A DNA stretch of 64,000 nucleotides from Lytechinus pictus (taxonomy: Eukaryota). Position 1 is the stretch's first letter, and each line of letters opens with the position of its first letter. Below are positions 60,343 through 64,000 of the stretch, in pieces. Under the pieces are notes generated by a model that was given only the letters and a program-made list of their open reading frames with translations, was not told the DNA's origin and searched no databases. Where the stretch lies: positions 7,378,001 through 7,442,000 of the forward strand of contig NC_087246.1 in assembly GCF_037042905.1 (NCBI RefSeq), written 5' to 3'. The translations under genes and the position numbers were made by a program.

Positions 60343-60805
60343 CACGGGCGGATCCAGACGGCCCTTGCCCCCCCCCCCACTTTCGAGAAGCACCATGAAT
60401 ATTTGTAAATGTAAAAATGCTGTGAAAACAAAAGTGTGGCCTCTTTTGAAAGTGAAGACATTTATTTTATTTTCTAAAAATTTATTTCTGCTTGTCAACA
60501 ACTTTCTTAGACGAAATGTCATAATTTTGGGTTGAAAAACTTTTTTTTTTTTGCTCATGGACGAAATGTCTTTATTTATAAAGTTGAAACTTTTTTTTTT
60601 CCTGTCATTTTTTTCCTCGGGGGAAATGTGCCCCCTCCCCCTGAAAAATCCTGGATCCTACCTCAAATGATGTTCATGCAGGCTCCACTTCACTACCGCT
60701 ACACTACGCTCCACCTACCCGACTACTATAGATGGAACGTCGTGTAGCGGTAGTGAAGTGGAGTGGAGCCTGCACGAACATCACTTGAGGTAGGATCCGC
60801 CCCTG
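60343..60805. mobile_element. hAT-type MITE with a nested 134-bp hairpin element (60659-60792)
   Basis: TIR CA(C/G)GGGCGGATCC and 8-bp TSD CTTGTATC at 60335-60342 and 60806-60813. Confidence 0.8.
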
Positions 60806-61482
60806 CTTGTATCCGTGGGTGGGGGGTTGGTCTCGCTTGCACAAACTACACGCATTTAAAGAGAGTGAAACAAGATAAGAAAATTGAGAATTCTTAAAAA
60901 GTGACACTAGTTAAAACAGTATATTAATGAATCATGGGGAAAACAACTGAACTCCAAATCAGAACGGATCGAGCTTCATGATGGCACGAGACGAGTGTTC
61001 TGGCATCTCCGAGGTCTGGCCAAACCAAGTCACCTCCTCCGAGACGGCTTGAGTTTGTTGACTTGTCAACTAGCGCACCGTTAATCAACCCAAATCGACA
61101 CCCTTGGATTTCCTGGATTTCGATCTCCGTGAGGGTAGTAAATTTCAAGATATTTACAAGAGGTTTTAGTAAAACATCGGCGCGCCGATTCATCTTATTA
61201 TGACAATCTTCCTGTTTATTGCGCTATTATCGCGTTCATTATCGCGATAATAATGCGACGTACGTCTACGAGGTACTTTTTTTTTGTTTTTTTTTTGATA
61301 TCCTTCCGCGCTGGCAATAACGCGCGTGAACGTTAATGAAAAAATAAACGCAGTACGGACCGGTGCGGCGTTACGTCCGTTAATGGTGTCAACTTTATTT
61401 TGAGCGATACTGTATGTGCGTTGTTTTGGTATTGCTTTGAATATGGATCTGACTTTGGGGTTTTCCCACATTGGTCGTTTAA

Positions 61483-62080
61483 AGGTCAAGTCCACCCCAC
61501 GAAAATGCTGACTTGAATAAATAGAGAAAAATCAAACTAGCATAGTGCTGAAAATTTCATCAAAATCAGATGTAAAATAAGAAAGCTATGACATTTTAAA
61601 ATTTCGCTTATTTTTCACAAAAGTCAAAACAGTGATATGCACAACTCAGTGACATGCAGATGAGTCGGTCGATGATGTCCATCACTCATTTCTTTTGTTT
61701 TTTATTGTTTGAATTATTCAATATTTCGTTTTTCATAGATTTTACGATAAGGACCAACTTGACTGAACCATATAGTATTAAACAATACTAATTCCACATG
61801 TTCAGGGAGGAATTAATCATTGTATCACTTGACAATGAGGAGAAAATTAGAATATTTCATATAATAAAATACAAAAAAAAATAGTGAGTGGATGACGTCA
61901 TAGCCTCCTCATTTGCATACCAGCCAGGATGTGCATAACTGTTTTGTAAAATTAAGCGAAACTTTAAAATGTCATAACTTTCTTATTTTACATCCGATTT
62001 TGATGAAAGTTTCAGTGTTATGCTTGTTGGATTTTTCTCTTTTTATTCAAATCAACTTTTTGTTGGGGTGGACTTGTCCT
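61483..62080. mobile_element. TTAA-flanked Kolobok-like non-autonomous element, copy 3
   Basis: TTAA|AGGTCAAGTCCAC...GTGGACTTGTCCT|TTAA. Confidence 0.8.
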
Positions 62081-64000
62081 TTAAAAGATATAAAGATATT
62101 GATAGAGTCGTTGTTAACTCAATTCTAATTTCAGGATAAATGGCTGATTATTTATGTTTTGTACATCATACACAAATAAGATCAAACTAAACAAAAGATC
62201 AAACTAAACAAAGCTAGTCATCATGAGTGTTCGGATGTTAAGATCACGTGTTTCATAGGTGTCAAGCGTGCTATTCCCGTAGTTATTCAGAATACTGAAT
62301 ATTCTGATAATTTTATGAATAGAATACTAAATATTCTGAGAGTACTGAATATTAATTCTGAAATTTTATGAATACAATGTAACTAGAATATTAATTCTGA
62401 TATTAAGATTACAATGCAGGATGCTGCATAACTTTGTAGAAGCACTTGCCCAGTCGGGCAAGTGAATTTTTAAATAGTTGGAATATACTTGCCCAAAAAT
62501 CTTATTTCACTTGCCCAAAAAAATATTTGAATAATTACCGTACCTCTTGAATAGGTTTTATTAACCATTGACCCTTTTCTCTCTTTTGACATGAACTGAT
62601 CTACCTTGTTATTGCATTGCTTTATCCAAAGTGATTTCATCTTGCCTGCCATGACCAAAATTAGGGTCAATATCATTACATATCGACCCTACTTTTGGTC
62701 AGAATTTTGCTTGCGCAATTCAGGCAAGTAGTTTTGGTCTTTACTTTAAAACACTTGCCCAACTCTAACTTTTACTTGCCCATGGCAATCAGGCAAGTGT
62801 TTATGTAGCACCCTGCAATGTAATCAGAATGATTATTCCACATGCAAATAATCAATGAAATGTATACCTTATTACCAATTAGAAAGCATTTGTAAACAAC
62901 TTGTAAATAATTTAATTGTCTGTGCAGTCATTCACATATTTTATTAAGGATATAGACTGAAGTAAACTCAGATGAAGCAATCTCAGTTAGATGAAGCTTA
63001 ATTCTTTATTAGAGTATTGACACTATTCTATGGTCGATTTAGTTAACAGTGAAATAGCAATAATTGCTTAGGTGTTAGTCTTTCAGACTTGTTTTCACTT
63101 AGCTCTATTCTCAGACTGCAGGGACGAGGTTAAAGTTTCCGGTAGGGCGGTAGGCTTTAATGCTAAGAAAGGTACCATACTATGTGAGTCTATTCTTGAA
63201 CCTGTGATGATCAGAGATATTTATGGATTTCTGAGGCTTTTCATCACACAGAATGTTGGATGTTGTTACAAACATCACACCGACAAAGTGAGTGGAAGTT
63301 TTGTAGGCGCTGTAAGGCTGGTAAACAAGGCACGTTGAGAGGTTGATAGGATAAGGATATTTTTGGAGATTGGTGTGTTGTATTGGGTTAGTGACATTGG
63401 AAGGAGAAAGATTTTGAGTAACTGCTGGCAGTTTAGATAGGATTACTCACATAAGTCAGAGCAACAGAAAAGAACCATTGGTCCTGGAACCTTTGTGGAG
63501 AGTAGATTAGTCTTAAGTTGAAATAATTCTTAGAGGGAACACAACTCTACGGAGTGTAAAAAATTTCAGCATTTTACGAGTTTGCTTTTTTCTTTTCATT
63601 CAAATCAACTTTATTTGCTTGGATGGACTCGCCCTTTAGAGATGACCCATCCCTGTTTACAATTATTGCGTAATATTGCCATTGGAGACAGATGTGATTA
63701 ATGAATACCACCACATTGTCTTTTCTGTTATAGTTTTTTCTCCAACCCAGAGCTACAAGAAGACTTGGTAAATGGCTACACATTAAGCTCTGAAATGATT
63801 ATCGCTTTTACTGGAGGTAAGAATCACCTCTCTTCAGTTCCATTGCTCCCTCTCTGCCCCTCCTTTCCTCCATTCTTTCATCTCAAGTCCTGTCCCTCTC
63901 ATCCTTCCCACTTTCTTCCAAATACCAACAGTGTATTCTTGATTCTATTTAAGACAGTACCGGTAAGCCGTTGCAAGTCAATTATATCCAGGCATTCATT

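Larger units (their letters stand above)
53172..61412. mobile_element. 8.2-kb TA-flanked TIR element (Tc1/mariner-pogo-like ends) without a recognisable transposase
   Basis: 26-bp TIR CAGTATCGCTC(G/A)AAATAAAGTTGACA with 1 mismatch, TA on both sides, and shared subterminal ACGCGCGTGAACGT and ATTATCGCGATA motifs. Confidence 0.65.

Noticed and set aside
60924-61495. ORFs of 89 and 101 aa near the right TIR as a transposase
   Set aside because: No HTH or DDE motif is recognisable, and the 101-aa ORF crosses the element boundary.
62950-63560. Possible decayed retroelement coding sequence
   Set aside because: Only hints of motifs with frequent stops; no family could be assigned without a database search.
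52333-64000. Downstream TLCD exons
   Set aside because: No phase-compatible exon with TLC-domain similarity was found; for example, the acceptor at about 53796 hits an immediate stop.

Overview
AT-rich, intron-rich animal genomic DNA, most likely a sea urchin (inferred from an echinoidin-type lectin and the repeat families). Five spliced protein-coding genes could be built by hand. (1) NDUFS8, minus strand, first 4 coding exons, running off the left edge. (2) GTF2H3/TFIIH p34, plus strand, complete (about 311 aa), head-to-head with NDUFS8 and containing a U12-type intron. (3) An uncharacterised two-exon CCCH zinc-finger gene, minus strand. (4) A secreted QPD-type C-type lectin, minus strand. 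(5) Exon 1 of a TLCD1/2-like gene, plus strand. The rest is a dense mosaic of non-autonomous DNA transposons identified by TIR+TSD (Transib-, hAT-, MULE-, Harbinger-, Kolobok-, Tc1/mariner- and Ginger-like), LINE fragments, a tRNA-derived SINE and tandem repeats. The most notable non-genic signals are: a Transib-type element whose ends resemble V(D)J 12/23 RSSs; a 9-bp-TSD element family with mix-and-match ends sitting in the first intron of each housekeeping-type gene; promoter-clustered TAGGCCTA octamers that behave like excision footprints; a locally templated repair insertion; and an 8.2-kb transposase-less TIR element. No prokaryotic system or CRISPR array is present. All coordinates were counted by hand and may be off by a base or two.
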